From: an uncultured bacterium
GTDB taxonomy: Bacteria > JAGRBM01 > JAHCIT01
NCBI GenBank assembly: GCA_964565925.1
Contig: CAZMGV010000005.1
Location: 64,100-128,099 of the forward strand
Length of the DNA: 64,000 bases
Direction of reading: 5' to 3'
Part shown: positions 28,662 to 37,802 of the stretch, piece by piece
Numbering within the stretch: the first letter of the stretch is position 1
How the letters are laid out: every line of letters begins with the position of its first letter
The notes under the pieces: generated by a model
Database searches by the model: none
Seen by the model: only the letters and a program-made list of their open reading frames with translations
Told to the model about the DNA's origin: nothing
Position numbers and translations under genes: made by a program

Positions 28662-30455
28662 TTACGGTTTCGCGATCTGGACGTATTCGGGGTGCTTCTT
28701 GAGAATCTCGGCAAACACCGGAGCGAACACCGGCATGGCGACCTCGCTGGCGGATTTTTCCGGAACCACCATCTTGCAGACGTCGATCACGATCCCGATC
28801 GCCCTCAGAAACATCAGATTGTCCTGCGGCGTCTTGAAGGTTTTCACCTGCTTCAGCGCCTCGTCCATCGCGGAGAAGAGCTGTTTCATGTCTCCCTCCT
28901 TGCGGATGTCGTGATCAAAAATGGCACTTCGCATGGCCGGATCGGCAAACATCTTGCCGGCAAACCCTTCCAGGAACTCCCGGTCCGGTTCCCCGACGGC
29001 GCCTTTTTCGATCAGCCCGTCCACATAGAGACGCGGATTGTTGAAGAAGCCGCCGAAGATCTCTTTCATCAGGCCGTTACGCACGTTATCGGGGAGTTTC
29101 TTCACCATCCCGAAGTCGAGCATGGCGAGCCCGCCGGCCGGCGTGCAGAACACGTTGGCCGGGTGCGGATCGGCGTGAAAGAACCCGCCGAAGAATGCCT
29201 GCTGAAGGAACGACCGCATGTAGGTTTGCATCAGTTTCACGCGGTCCACGTTCCAGGCCTTGAGCTGGTCGAGGTTGTCGACGTTCGTTCCCTCGATAAA
29301 CTCCAGCGTCAGTACGCGGCGTGTGGTGTATCGCCAGTGGACCTTGGGGACTTTGACCCCGAACGGCGCCAGTTCCTTTTCCATCTGTTCGGTGGCGCGG
29401 CCTTCACGGGTCATATCCAGTTCATGCCGGAGCGGTTCTTCGTATTCCTTGTAAATCTGCATGAGGTCCACGCGTTTGACGATCTTGGAGAACCCCTTGA
29501 TGAGCAGACGGGTCAGCCAGAGATCGATGGCGACGCTCTGTTCGAGTCCCGGGTGCTGCACCTTCACGACGACCTTTTCGCCGGTGGGGAGTTTGGCCAC
29601 ATGAACCTGCCCCATGGAGGCGGCGGCGATCGGGGATTTCTCGAAGTCGGCGAACAGCTCCAGCGGCCCCACGCCGAACTCGCTCTGGATGAGTCCAGCC
29701 ACCAGCGAGTAGTCGGTCGCGGGTACGCGGTCCCGCATTGCCTTGAACTCCTCGATGTACTCTGGAGGGAGCAGGTGCATTTGCATGCTCGCCACCTGAC
29801 CGGCCTTGATATTGGCGCCCTTGAGACGGAATGCCGTCTCCTTGAACCGGATCGCGTTCTCCCGGTGGATGCGCGACATCTCCTCGGGCGTCTGCGGCCA
29901 GCGGAGCAGTGTCCGGCGAACCCATACCCAGAGGTAGGACAGCAGCAGCCGAGTCTGCATCCAGGCGAGGCTCGACAGGTGCTTGATCGCTCCCGTCCGG
30001 TCCTGAATCTCCAGCGCGCGGGCGAACTTGCGGTCAGACTCCGAGAGGCGGTTGGAGAGCGCCTGCAGGAAGGACCAGAGCACCTTCCGTCCGATGACCG
30101 GTTCCCGTTCGATCAGCTCCAGAAACCGGTCGCGGGGAATAAACAGGCACTGGGTCTCTCCTTCCGCACGGACCGAGGCTGAAGTGGGCCGGTCCGTCAC
30201 CAGGCTCATCTCGCCGAAATGGTCGCCTGCGAAGAGCTCGTTGATCCGCTGTTGTTTTTCCCCGCGAACGCTCTTGAAGACGTGAACCTTCCCGGTGTTC
30301 ACGATAAACAGTCCGGGACCGTGGATCCCTTCGTCGATAATCTTTTCATTGTCCCTGTAACGCCGCTCCTCGCAGACCGAGGCGACCAGCCGGGTTTCTT
30401 CGGATGTTAACGATTTGAAAACGGGCAGCCCACGCATGGCTTCGGCACGGTCCAT
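28662..30455 (-). CDS. Fusion of a cyclic-nucleotide-binding (cNMP/CAP-effector) domain and a UbiB/ABC1-family atypical protein kinase
   Basis: The N-terminal cNMP-binding domain has the phosphate-binding cassette FGEMSLVTDRPTSASVRA. The ABC1/UbiB kinase core follows: AAASMGQVHVAKLPTGEKVVVKVQHPG...HADPHPANVF...AMLDFGMV. An 11-bp gap separates it from the cyclase gene downstream on the same strand. Confidence 0.75.
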   Translation of the reverse strand: MDRAEAMRGLPVFKSLTSEETRLVASVCEERRYRDNEKIIDEGIHGPGLFIVNTGKVHVFKSVRGEKQQRINELFAGDHFGEMSLVTDRPTSASVRAEGETQCLFIPRDRFLELIEREPVIGRKVLWSFLQALSNRLSESDRKFARALEIQDRTGAIKHLSSLAWMQTRLLLSYLWVWVRRTLLRWPQTPEEMSRIHRENAIRFKETAFRLKGANIKAGQVASMQMHLLPPEYIEEFKAMRDRVPATDYSLVAGLIQSEFGVGPLELFADFEKSPIAAASMGQVHVAKLPTGEKVVVKVQHPGLEQSVAIDLWLTRLLIKGFSKIVKRVDLMQIYKEYEEPLRHELDMTREGRATEQMEKELAPFGVKVPKVHWRYTTRRVLTLEFIEGTNVDNLDQLKAWNVDRVKLMQTYMRSFLQQAFFGGFFHADPHPANVFCTPAGGLAMLDFGMVKKLPDNVRNGLMKEIFGGFFNNPRLYVDGLIEKGAVGEPDREFLEGFAGKMFADPAMRSAIFDHDIRKEGDMKQLFSAMDEALKQVKTFKTPQDNLMFLRAIGIVIDVCKMVVPEKSASEVAMPVFAPVFAEILKKHPEYVQIAKP

Positions 30456-30655
30456 GAAATCCCCTTTTGATAACCCCTGACTCTGATTTCAGGGTATTTA
30501 TAACATGTAGAGTCCGGTTCCGGTAACCGCATGCGGGAGGTCGCCTACGAACCGGACCGGAAGGAAACAGTGGGACAGCGAAAAATCCTCTTGTCGGTAT
30601 CCGGGACCTACTGTAGTCTCCACTGACACCGGAGTCATTTTCCCGGATTTCCCCG

Positions 30656-32881
30656 ATGCAGGCCGTTCAGGAGAGCCCCATGACAGAAACGAAAACCACC
30701 TTTTGCCGTATCTGCGAGGCCGCCTGCGGCCTTGAAGTGACCGTCGAGGACAACCGGATCGTAAAGGTCGAGCCGGACCGGAATCACGTGGTGACGCAGG
30801 GCTATGTCTGCATCAAGGGGATCAAGTTCGCCGATGTGCACCATTCACCGGACCGCATCCGCCACCCGATGAAGCGGGTGGGCGACGAGTGGGTGCGGAT
30901 CACCTGGGACCGGGCGTTCAGCGAGATTGGCGCCAAGGTGAAGGAGCTTCGTAAGGCCCACGGAGCCAACTCTATTGGCATGTACATGGGAAATCCGGCG
31001 GCTTTCAGCGGAACGCACCCGGTGTTCAGCCAGGCGTTCCTGACCGGCATCGGGAGCAAGAACTTCTTCTCTGCCGGGTCGCAGGACTGCAACAACAAGT
31101 TCGCCGTGACCAAGCGGATGTTCGGGCATCCGACCATCCAGCCGATACCCGATGTCGATCACACGGAATGCATCATTATCGTGGGCTCGAACCCGGCCAT
31201 CTCGCAGATGAGCTTCGTGAGCATGCCGAGGCCCATTGAGCGTCTCAAGGAAGTGGAAAAGCGGGGCGGCAAAGTCATCTGGATCAATCCGCGCCGGACC
31301 GAATCGACGCGCGGCCTGGGCGAACACCTGTTCGTGCGGCCGGATACGGACGTCTACTTCCTGCTGTCGTTCCTGAACGAACTGATCGCCAGCGGCGGCG
31401 TGAAGCAGGAGACCGTCCGCAAGTACATGAAAAACTGGGAGGGCGTCGAAAAACTCGCCCGCCAGTGGACGCCTGAACATACGGAAAGGATTACCGGCAT
31501 CGCGCCAGACCGGCTCCGGGAGATCGTTGCCCACTACCGCAAGGCCAACGGAGCCGCACTTTACTGCTCGACCGGCGTCAATATGGCGAAGAACTCGACG
31601 CTAGCCTTCTGGATCCTGAACGTCATCAATGCGGTTTCAGGCAATCTCGACAGACGCGGCGGCATGCTCGTCTCGCGCGGCCTGATCAACAACGCCCCGG
31701 CGTTTGCCAAGCGGGCCGGTGTCGGCATGCGGAAGACCCGGTCTCGGATCGGCGACTTCGAGAGCGTCATGGACAGCTATCCCGCCGGCGTGCTGCCGGA
31801 CGAGATTCTCACCCCCGGCCAGGGCCAGATCCGGGCGCTGTTCGTGTCGGCGGGCAATCCGCTGCTCTCCTGTCCCAACGGCGCGCGCATGGAAGAAGCG
31901 CTCAAGAAGCTCGAACTGATCGTCAGCGTGGACATGTTCCGCAATGAGACCGGCAACCTCGCCCACTACATCCTTCCAGGGCTCTCGTTCTTCGAGCGTC
32001 CGGACATCCCCATGCCGACGATGGGGTTCCAGCCGATCCCCTACATTCAGTGGACCGACGCAATGGTGGCGCCCGACGGCGAACAGCGCGACGAATGGTG
32101 GATCTATACGGAACTCGCGCGCGCCTGCGACGTGGACATTTTCGGTGCAAAGCCGGCCCGGTATTTCTTCGGCCTGAACCGGCTGATCTCTAAGCTTCCG
32201 CTGATCGGGAAGCGCATTTCGTTCCGGCCCGAGTGGGCGCTCGAGATGATGACCCTTGCGTCACGGCAGGTGACTCCTGCGAAACTCAAGAAGCATCCTC
32301 ATGGCCTGCTGCTGCGGGAAAATCCCGAAAAAGATTTCCTCGGCAAGCGCGTTCTGACAGACGACGGCAAGGTGGATCTGGCGCCGCCCGAATTCACTGA
32401 CGAGGCGAGAAACCTGGTCAGGGGTTATGCCGAAGAACTGGCCGCCCGCGACAGTCTGAAACTGATCTCCAAGCGCGAGCGCTTTACGCACAACTCATGG
32501 ATGCACAACCTGGAGGAGTTCGTAAAGGGCGAGCGAAAGACCAACTACCTCTACATGCATCCCGAAGACGCCCGTCGCGCTGAACTGGAAGACGGCGATC
32601 TGGCCGATATCACGTCGGCCACGGCCACCGTGTCGGCGCCGGTCAAAATCACCGACGAGATGATGCCCCGGGTCGTGGCGCTGCCGCACGGATGGGGCCA
32701 CGGCAAAGCGGATGGCCTCAAGGTGGCCAGTCAGACGACCGGAGCGAACGCCAACCTGCTGGCGGCCGACGGCCCCGAGGCGCTCGAACGGTTCGCCGGC
32801 ATGGCCCACCTGAACGGCATCCAGGTGGAGGTCCGGCGAGCCCCCGACAAGCCGGCGGAGAAGTTCCGGGAAGCCGTCTAA
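30656..32881 (+). CDS. Molybdopterin-dependent oxidoreductase, MopB superfamily (FdhF/YdeP/BisC-like catalytic subunit); no partner subunit is adjacent
   Basis: The N-terminal [4Fe-4S] motif is CRICEAACGL...C. The MopB domains run throughout, ending in a C-terminal molybdopterin-dinucleotide-binding region (DADRRAELEDGDLADI...VALPHGWGH). The start may be at MTETK (about 30680). Confidence 0.75.
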   Translation: MQAVQESPMTETKTTFCRICEAACGLEVTVEDNRIVKVEPDRNHVVTQGYVCIKGIKFADVHHSPDRIRHPMKRVGDEWVRITWDRAFSEIGAKVKELRKAHGANSIGMYMGNPAAFSGTHPVFSQAFLTGIGSKNFFSAGSQDCNNKFAVTKRMFGHPTIQPIPDVDHTECIIIVGSNPAISQMSFVSMPRPIERLKEVEKRGGKVIWINPRRTESTRGLGEHLFVRPDTDVYFLLSFLNELIASGGVKQETVRKYMKNWEGVEKLARQWTPEHTERITGIAPDRLREIVAHYRKANGAALYCSTGVNMAKNSTLAFWILNVINAVSGNLDRRGGMLVSRGLINNAPAFAKRAGVGMRKTRSRIGDFESVMDSYPAGVLPDEILTPGQGQIRALFVSAGNPLLSCPNGARMEEALKKLELIVSVDMFRNETGNLAHYILPGLSFFERPDIPMPTMGFQPIPYIQWTDAMVAPDGEQRDEWWIYTELARACDVDIFGAKPARYFFGLNRLISKLPLIGKRISFRPEWALEMMTLASRQVTPAKLKKHPHGLLLRENPEKDFLGKRVLTDDGKVDLAPPEFTDEARNLVRGYAEELAARDSLKLISKRERFTHNSWMHNLEEFVKGERKTNYLYMHPEDARRAELEDGDLADITSATATVSAPVKITDEMMPRVVALPHGWGHGKADGLKVASQTTGANANLLAADGPEALERFAGMAHLNGIQVEVRRAPDKPAEKFREAV

Positions 32882-33016
32882 TCTGCCGGAGTTGCTGGGG
32901 TTTCCGCCACGCTTATTTCCGGCGAAAACCCATTTACTTGACCGGAAAAACTGGCTACCAATGCGCGTCCATTCCGGCGCTTCCCGTGCCGGACATGTGA
33001 CGCGGACCCCGCGTTT

Positions 33017-33092
33017 GCCGTGGTAGCTCAGTTGGTAGAGCAGTGGATTGAAAATCCACGTGTCGGCGGTTCGAATCCGCCCCTCGGCACCA
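33017..33092 (+). tRNA. tRNA-Phe (anticodon GAA)
   Basis: Manual cloverleaf: acceptor GCCGTGG/CCTCGGC (one U-U mismatch), D-arm GCTC-AGTTGGTA-GAGC, anticodon stem GTGGA/TCCAC with loop TTGAAAA (GAA), T-arm GGCGG-TTCGAAT-CCGCC, discriminator A, CCA encoded. It closely resembles canonical bacterial tRNA-Phe. Confidence 0.8.
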
Positions 33093-33106
33093 TTCTTTTC
33101 GGGCAC

Positions 33107-33163
33107 GCAGCCAGCCTCAGCTCTAGCAGCCAGCCTCAGCTCTAGCAGCCAGCCTCAGCTCTA
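33107..33163. repeat. Perfect tandem direct repeat, 3 x 19 bp (GCAGCCAGCCTCAGCTCTA), starting 15 bp downstream of tRNA-Phe
   Basis: Read directly from the sequence: gggcac[gcagccagcctcagctcta]x3 tacgat. Confidence 0.9.
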
Positions 33164-33265
33164 TACGATATGACCGTTCCGAAAATCTAATATAGGCGCC
33201 TTCTTAAGGACTCTGCCCGCATGCGCATTGGTAGCCGGTGACAGAACCGCTATCCTTCCTCGGTA

Positions 33266-33751
33266 ATGGCCAATCCACCCGCACACGAATTTCGATGCAA
33301 GCTGACCTGGACCGGTGCGCCCGGAACGGCTGGCGCGGCGCCGTTCACCTATGACGGGTTTTCCCGGGATCTGAAGATCGAGATCGACGGAAAGCCGCCG
33401 GTGCTCGCAAGCGCAGCACCCGGTTACAAGGGCGATCCGTCCCGGCACAACCCGGAAGACCTGCTGATCACGTCGCTCGCGGCCTGCCACTGCCTCACCT
33501 ATCTGGCGATCTGCTCGCTGTCGAAGGTGAAAATCGTCGGGTATGAGGACGAGGCCACCGGGACCCTGGAGAAGGCCGGCGACGTGATGAAGTTCACCGG
33601 TGCGACGCTCCGGCCCAAGGTGACGCTGGCGAGCGGCGACGACGAGGTCCGCGCCTTGTCGCTGCATGATAAAGCACACAATCAGTGCTTTATCGTGAAC
33701 TCCGTGAACTTCCCCGTAAAAGTGGAGCCGAAGATCGTCATCTCCGGGTGA
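33266..33751 (+). CDS. OsmC/Ohr-family peroxiredoxin-like protein
   Basis: Both conserved Cys are present in an OsmC-like context (LLITSLAACHCLTY...AHNQCFIVNSV). Confidence 0.75.
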   Translation: MANPPAHEFRCKLTWTGAPGTAGAAPFTYDGFSRDLKIEIDGKPPVLASAAPGYKGDPSRHNPEDLLITSLAACHCLTYLAICSLSKVKIVGYEDEATGTLEKAGDVMKFTGATLRPKVTLASGDDEVRALSLHDKAHNQCFIVNSVNFPVKVEPKIVISG

Positions 33752-33761
33752 GGGTGACCGG

Positions 33762-34172
33762 ATGGGACGGGATCAAAGCGGACGGGGGATCGCCGGAATC
33801 GGCGTCGATCTGGTCGATGCCGGCCGGATACGCGAATCGATCCTGAAACGCCCGGCCTTCCTGACCACGGTTTTCACGCCGCCGGAACTCCGCCGGGTTC
33901 AGAAAAGACCCGAACGGGTCCGGTTCGAAAAACTGGCTGCCTGCTTCGCCGCCAAAGAGGCGTTCTACAAGGCGCTCGGCAGGAACCAGCACGGAATCGG
34001 CTGGAAGGATATCGCGCTTGCCGGGAAACCCGGAAAGCCGCCAGAATTGGTAATTTCAGCTAAGGCCCGGCGCATCCTTGAGAAACTGCAGATCGGTCGC
34101 GTCCATGTGTCTATAACCGACGAAGGGGGCTTTGCGGCCGCTTTCGTGATCCTTGAGCGGACGGGCGGCTGA
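33762..34172 (+). CDS. acpS: Holo-[acyl-carrier-protein] synthase (4'-phosphopantetheinyl transferase, AcpS type)
   Basis: GIGVDLVDAGRI...FTPPELRR...LAACFAAKEAFYKALG...HVSITDEGGFAAAFVILE is the typical ~125-aa AcpS. Confidence 0.75.
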   Translation: MGRDQSGRGIAGIGVDLVDAGRIRESILKRPAFLTTVFTPPELRRVQKRPERVRFEKLAACFAAKEAFYKALGRNQHGIGWKDIALAGKPGKPPELVISAKARRILEKLQIGRVHVSITDEGGFAAAFVILERTGG

Positions 34173-34283
34173 TTCCAGTCGGCGGTTAAATAGGCCGGGT
34201 ATCTGATCTGGGTCATGTAATGCCCTTTCCGGTGGCGGTACGCTTTTCCTGATAGATTTGAGGGAGGGGGCCTTCGGCTCATT

Positions 34284-35321
34284 ATGCTGCGCAAACCGAT
34301 CCGGACAACAGCTCGAAGCGGCAGCCGAAAGCGCCGGACCCCTCCGCCGGTCACGCGTGAGCACGGCCTCTTGCTTGTTCACGACATGCTGCTGATCCGC
34401 CGGTTCGAAGAGAAGGCCGACGAGCTGTACAGTCTGGGCAAGATCCGCGGCTTCCTCCATCTTTATATCGGCGAAGAGGCGGTGTCCGCCGGCGCCATGC
34501 GGGCGTTCACGGCGGACGATTCGATCGTCGCCACCTACCGCGAGCACGGACATGCGATCATGCGCGGGATGCCGCCGGGGTCGGTCATGGCGGAGATGTA
34601 CGGCAAGGCGAACGGGTGCAGCCGGGGGCGCGGCGGGTCGATGCACCTCTTCGATGCCGGACGCAAGTTCTACGGCGGCCATGCCATTGTCGGCGCCGGT
34701 ATCCCGTTCGCGGTCGGCGTGGCGCTGGGCGACAAAATGTCCGGCCGTCCGCATGTGACCGCCTGCTTCTTCGGCGACGGGGCGGTGGACGAGGGCGAGT
34801 TCCACGAGTCGATGAACATGGCGGCGCTCTGGAAGCTGCCTATCCTCTTTATCTGCGAGAATAATCTTTACGCGATGGGCACGGCGCTTGAGCGCCACGA
34901 GTCGGTCCACGACATCACCACCCACGCCCGGTCCTACGGGATTCACGCCGATAAAGTGGACGGGATGGACGTGCTGGCGGTCGAAGCCGCCGTCCGACAT
35001 GCGGCCGGCGCCGTGCGCAAAACCGGCGCCCCGAGGTTCCTCGAGATTATGACTTACCGGTTCCGGGGCCATTCGATGGCCGATCCGGTTCTCTACCGCA
35101 GCAAGGAGGAGGTCGCCGAGTGGCAGACCCGCGACCCGGTCTCCTCATTCATGCTGAAAATGCGCGGGTGGGGGCTGCTGACGGACGCCGACGTGGTGGA
35201 ACTGGAAAAATCGGTTGCCGCCGAGATCAGCCAGGCAATCGACTTCGCCGAAAAGGGCGAGTGGGAACCGGTGGAGGACCTCGCCCGGGATGTTTATACG
35301 CCGGCGGGGGTGCGGCCATGA
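34284..35321 (+). CDS. pdhA: 2-oxoacid dehydrogenase E1 component alpha subunit (pyruvate/acetoin dehydrogenase type, TPP-binding)
   Basis: YREHGH, the GDG(X)nN TPP motif ([39 protein letters not shown]), and the phospho-loop region are present. Confidence 0.85.
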   Translation: MLRKPIRTTARSGSRKRRTPPPVTREHGLLLVHDMLLIRRFEEKADELYSLGKIRGFLHLYIGEEAVSAGAMRAFTADDSIVATYREHGHAIMRGMPPGSVMAEMYGKANGCSRGRGGSMHLFDAGRKFYGGHAIVGAGIPFAVGVALGDKMSGRPHVTACFFGDGAVDEGEFHESMNMAALWKLPILFICENNLYAMGTALERHESVHDITTHARSYGIHADKVDGMDVLAVEAAVRHAAGAVRKTGAPRFLEIMTYRFRGHSMADPVLYRSKEEVAEWQTRDPVSSFMLKMRGWGLLTDADVVELEKSVAAEISQAIDFAEKGEWEPVEDLARDVYTPAGVRP

Positions 35322-36298
35322 AGCTCACTTACCGCGAAGCGGTCCGCGACGGCATGCGCCGGGCGATGCAGAACGATCCGAGGGTGTTCCTCATGGGCGA
35401 GGACGTGGGCCGCTACGGCGGTGCCTTCGCCGTGAGCAAGGGGTTGCTGGAAGAGTTCGGCCCGGAGCGCGTGCGCGATACGCCGCTCTCGGAGTCGACC
35501 TTCTCCGGTGCCGGGATCGGCGCGGCGGTGGCGGGGATGCGGCCGATCGTCGAGGTGATGACGGTCAACTTCAGCATGCTGGCGCTGGATCAGTTCGTGA
35601 ACTCGGCGGCGGCGCTCAGGCACATGTCCGGCGGGCAGATCAGCGTGCCGCTCGTGGTCCGGATGGCGACGGGCGGGGGCCGTCAGCTCGCTGCGCAGCA
35701 CTCTCATAGTTTCGAGGGCTGGTACGCCCATGTGCCCGGGATCAGGGTGCTGGCACCCGCCACGGTCAATGACGCGCGCGGGATGGTGCTCGCCGCCATC
35801 GAAGACCCCGATCCGGTATTCATCTTCGAGCACGCAACACTTTATCCGGTCGAAGGCGAAGTCGACGATCCATTCAAGCCGGTGGATATTTCCCGGTCCG
35901 TAATCCGCCGGCCGGGAAGCCATGTGACGCTGATGGCCTACGGCGGCTCGCTCGGGAAAACGCTTCAGGCCGCCACTGAACTGGCGGCCGAAGGGATCGA
36001 GGCCGAGGTGATCGACCTCAGGGTGCTGAGGCCTATCGACGACGAAACGATCCTGGAATCGGTCCGGCGTACGCACCGGGCGGTCGTTGTGGACGAGATG
36101 TGGCGGACGGGAAGTTTCGCGGGCGAACTGAGCGCCCGGATCATGGAAGGTGCCTTCTATGACCTCGACGCGCCGGTGGCCCGCGTTTGCAGTGCCGAAG
36201 TCCCGATGCCCTATGCGAAACAGATGGAAAACGCCGCGCTGCCGCAGGCGGCCGATATCGTGAAAGCCGTACGGGGGTTGTTCGGACGCCATGGCTGA
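35318..36298 (+). CDS. pdhB: 2-oxoacid dehydrogenase E1 component beta subunit
   Basis: Starts [37 protein letters not shown], in an ATGA overlap with the pdhA stop, and carries the transketolase-like pyrimidine-binding and C-terminal domains. The 392-aa track ORF is N-terminally over-extended. Confidence 0.85.
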   Translation: MKLTYREAVRDGMRRAMQNDPRVFLMGEDVGRYGGAFAVSKGLLEEFGPERVRDTPLSESTFSGAGIGAAVAGMRPIVEVMTVNFSMLALDQFVNSAAALRHMSGGQISVPLVVRMATGGGRQLAAQHSHSFEGWYAHVPGIRVLAPATVNDARGMVLAAIEDPDPVFIFEHATLYPVEGEVDDPFKPVDISRSVIRRPGSHVTLMAYGGSLGKTLQAATELAAEGIEAEVIDLRVLRPIDDETILESVRRTHRAVVVDEMWRTGSFAGELSARIMEGAFYDLDAPVARVCSAEVPMPYAKQMENAALPQAADIVKAVRGLFGRHG

Positions 36299-37547
36299 TT
36301 TCGTCATGCCGAGTCTCGGCGCCGACATGGGCGAGGGCAAGCTCATCGCCTGGCGCAAGAAGGTGGGCGACGCCGTTCACCGCGGCGAGATCATCGCCGA
36401 AGTCGAGACCGACAAGGCCGCTGTTGACGTGGAGTGCCATCTGGACGGGGTGATCGAGAAGTTTCTCGTCGAACCGGGCCAGAAGGTCCCGATCGGAACT
36501 CCGCTCGCCGTCATCCGCACCGGCAAGGAGGGCGAAGCGCCGCCTCCGGGCGTACCTCCACCGTCCAAAACTGCCGAAGTCACTGTAGCGCCGAGGGCGG
36601 TTGCGCCGGTGGCCGCTCCGCCCAGAGCAGCGATCCCGGTTGCCGCCCGTCCGGGTGCGGTCCGCACAGCTCCCGCAGAGGGCACACGGATCCGGATCTC
36701 TCCCTATGCAGCGCGTCTTGCGCTGGAACTGTCGACCGAGATCAAGGGGCTTACAGGCAGCGGACCTGACGGGGCGATTTCGTCGCAGGATGTGCTTGCG
36801 GCTGCAGAGGCGAAAAAGGCAGTCGTGCCGACGGTGTCTCCGGCAACTGCCGTGCCTGTACCGGCCGAGGAAGACGCTCCGCAGGCACGGATGCGCCGCG
36901 CGATTGCCGCTTCCATGGGGCGGTCGAAGCGCGAAATTCCGCACTACTATCTCGTGCATACGGTAAGCCTCGAAAAAACTCTTGTGTGGATGGCCGCCGA
37001 GAACACGAAACTTCCGGTGGAGAAGCGGCTCATCACGGCCGTCTTGCTGATCAAGGCGACGGCGCTCGCCCTGAAAGAGGTTCCGGAACTGAACGCCCTG
37101 TGGGAAAACGGCCGGCCGGTCACCAAAGAGCGGATCAACGTGGGTGCCGCCATCTCGCTTCGGGGCGGGGGGCTGATCGCGCCGGCGCTTCACGATACGG
37201 ATAAAGCCGAACTGGGCGATCTCATGGTGCGGTTCCGGGATCTCGTGAAGCGGGGCCGCGCCGGAAAACTCAAGAGTTCGGAGATGACCGACCCGACCGT
37301 TACGGTGACCAGTCTCGGGGACCAGGGCGTCGACGGCCTGATCGGTGTGATCTACCCGCCGCAGGTGGCCATCGTCGGATTCGGAACCCCGGCGGAGCGG
37401 CCCTGGGTCGTCGACGGAAAAGTCGCTCCGCAGCGGACGATCCTCATGACGCTCTCGGGCGATCACCGCGTGACGGACGGTCACCGGGGCGCGCAACTGC
37501 TTGGCGCCATCGAACGGCTGCTTCAGGAACCGGAGAAACTCAGATGA
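36291..37547 (+). CDS. Dihydrolipoamide acyltransferase E2 component (lipoyl domain + E3-binding domain + catalytic domain)
   Basis: The lipoyl-lysine motif is [13 protein letters not shown], the peripheral subunit-binding domain is [33 protein letters not shown], and the catalytic motif is DHRVTDG. Confidence 0.85.
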   Translation: MADFVMPSLGADMGEGKLIAWRKKVGDAVHRGEIIAEVETDKAAVDVECHLDGVIEKFLVEPGQKVPIGTPLAVIRTGKEGEAPPPGVPPPSKTAEVTVAPRAVAPVAAPPRAAIPVAARPGAVRTAPAEGTRIRISPYAARLALELSTEIKGLTGSGPDGAISSQDVLAAAEAKKAVVPTVSPATAVPVPAEEDAPQARMRRAIAASMGRSKREIPHYYLVHTVSLEKTLVWMAAENTKLPVEKRLITAVLLIKATALALKEVPELNALWENGRPVTKERINVGAAISLRGGGLIAPALHDTDKAELGDLMVRFRDLVKRGRAGKLKSSEMTDPTVTVTSLGDQGVDGLIGVIYPPQVAIVGFGTPAERPWVVDGKVAPQRTILMTLSGDHRVTDGHRGAQLLGAIERLLQEPEKLR

Positions 37548-37798
37548 CTACGGACGAGATCAGGAAAACGGTTTTGAAGTCCCTCGGTGACGTGGCCCCG
37601 GACGCGGACCTGGGTTCGCTCAAACCCGACAAGGATATCCGCGAAGAGCTGGACATCGATTCGATGGATTTCCTGAACTTCATGGTGGCCCTGAAAGAGG
37701 CGCTCGGCGTCGAGGTGCCGGAGGCCGACTACGACAAGGTCGGATCGATCAACGCCTGCGTGGACTATCTCGCCAAACGGCTCGCCGGGGAGGGGTAA
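37544..37798 (+). CDS. Stand-alone acyl carrier protein-like protein (phosphopantetheine attachment site DIDSMDF)
   Basis: 84-aa acidic four-helix-type sequence with [21 protein letters not shown] around the conserved Ser. The start overlaps the E2 stop (ATGA). Confidence 0.6.
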   Translation: MTTDEIRKTVLKSLGDVAPDADLGSLKPDKDIREELDIDSMDFLNFMVALKEALGVEVPEADYDKVGSINACVDYLAKRLAGEG

Positions 37799-37802
37799 GC
37801 GC

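Noticed and set aside
33107-33163. 3x19-bp tandem repeat as a possible CRISPR array
   Set aside because: The repeats are directly adjacent with no spacers and no cas genes. It is a simple tandem repeat, not a CRISPR array.
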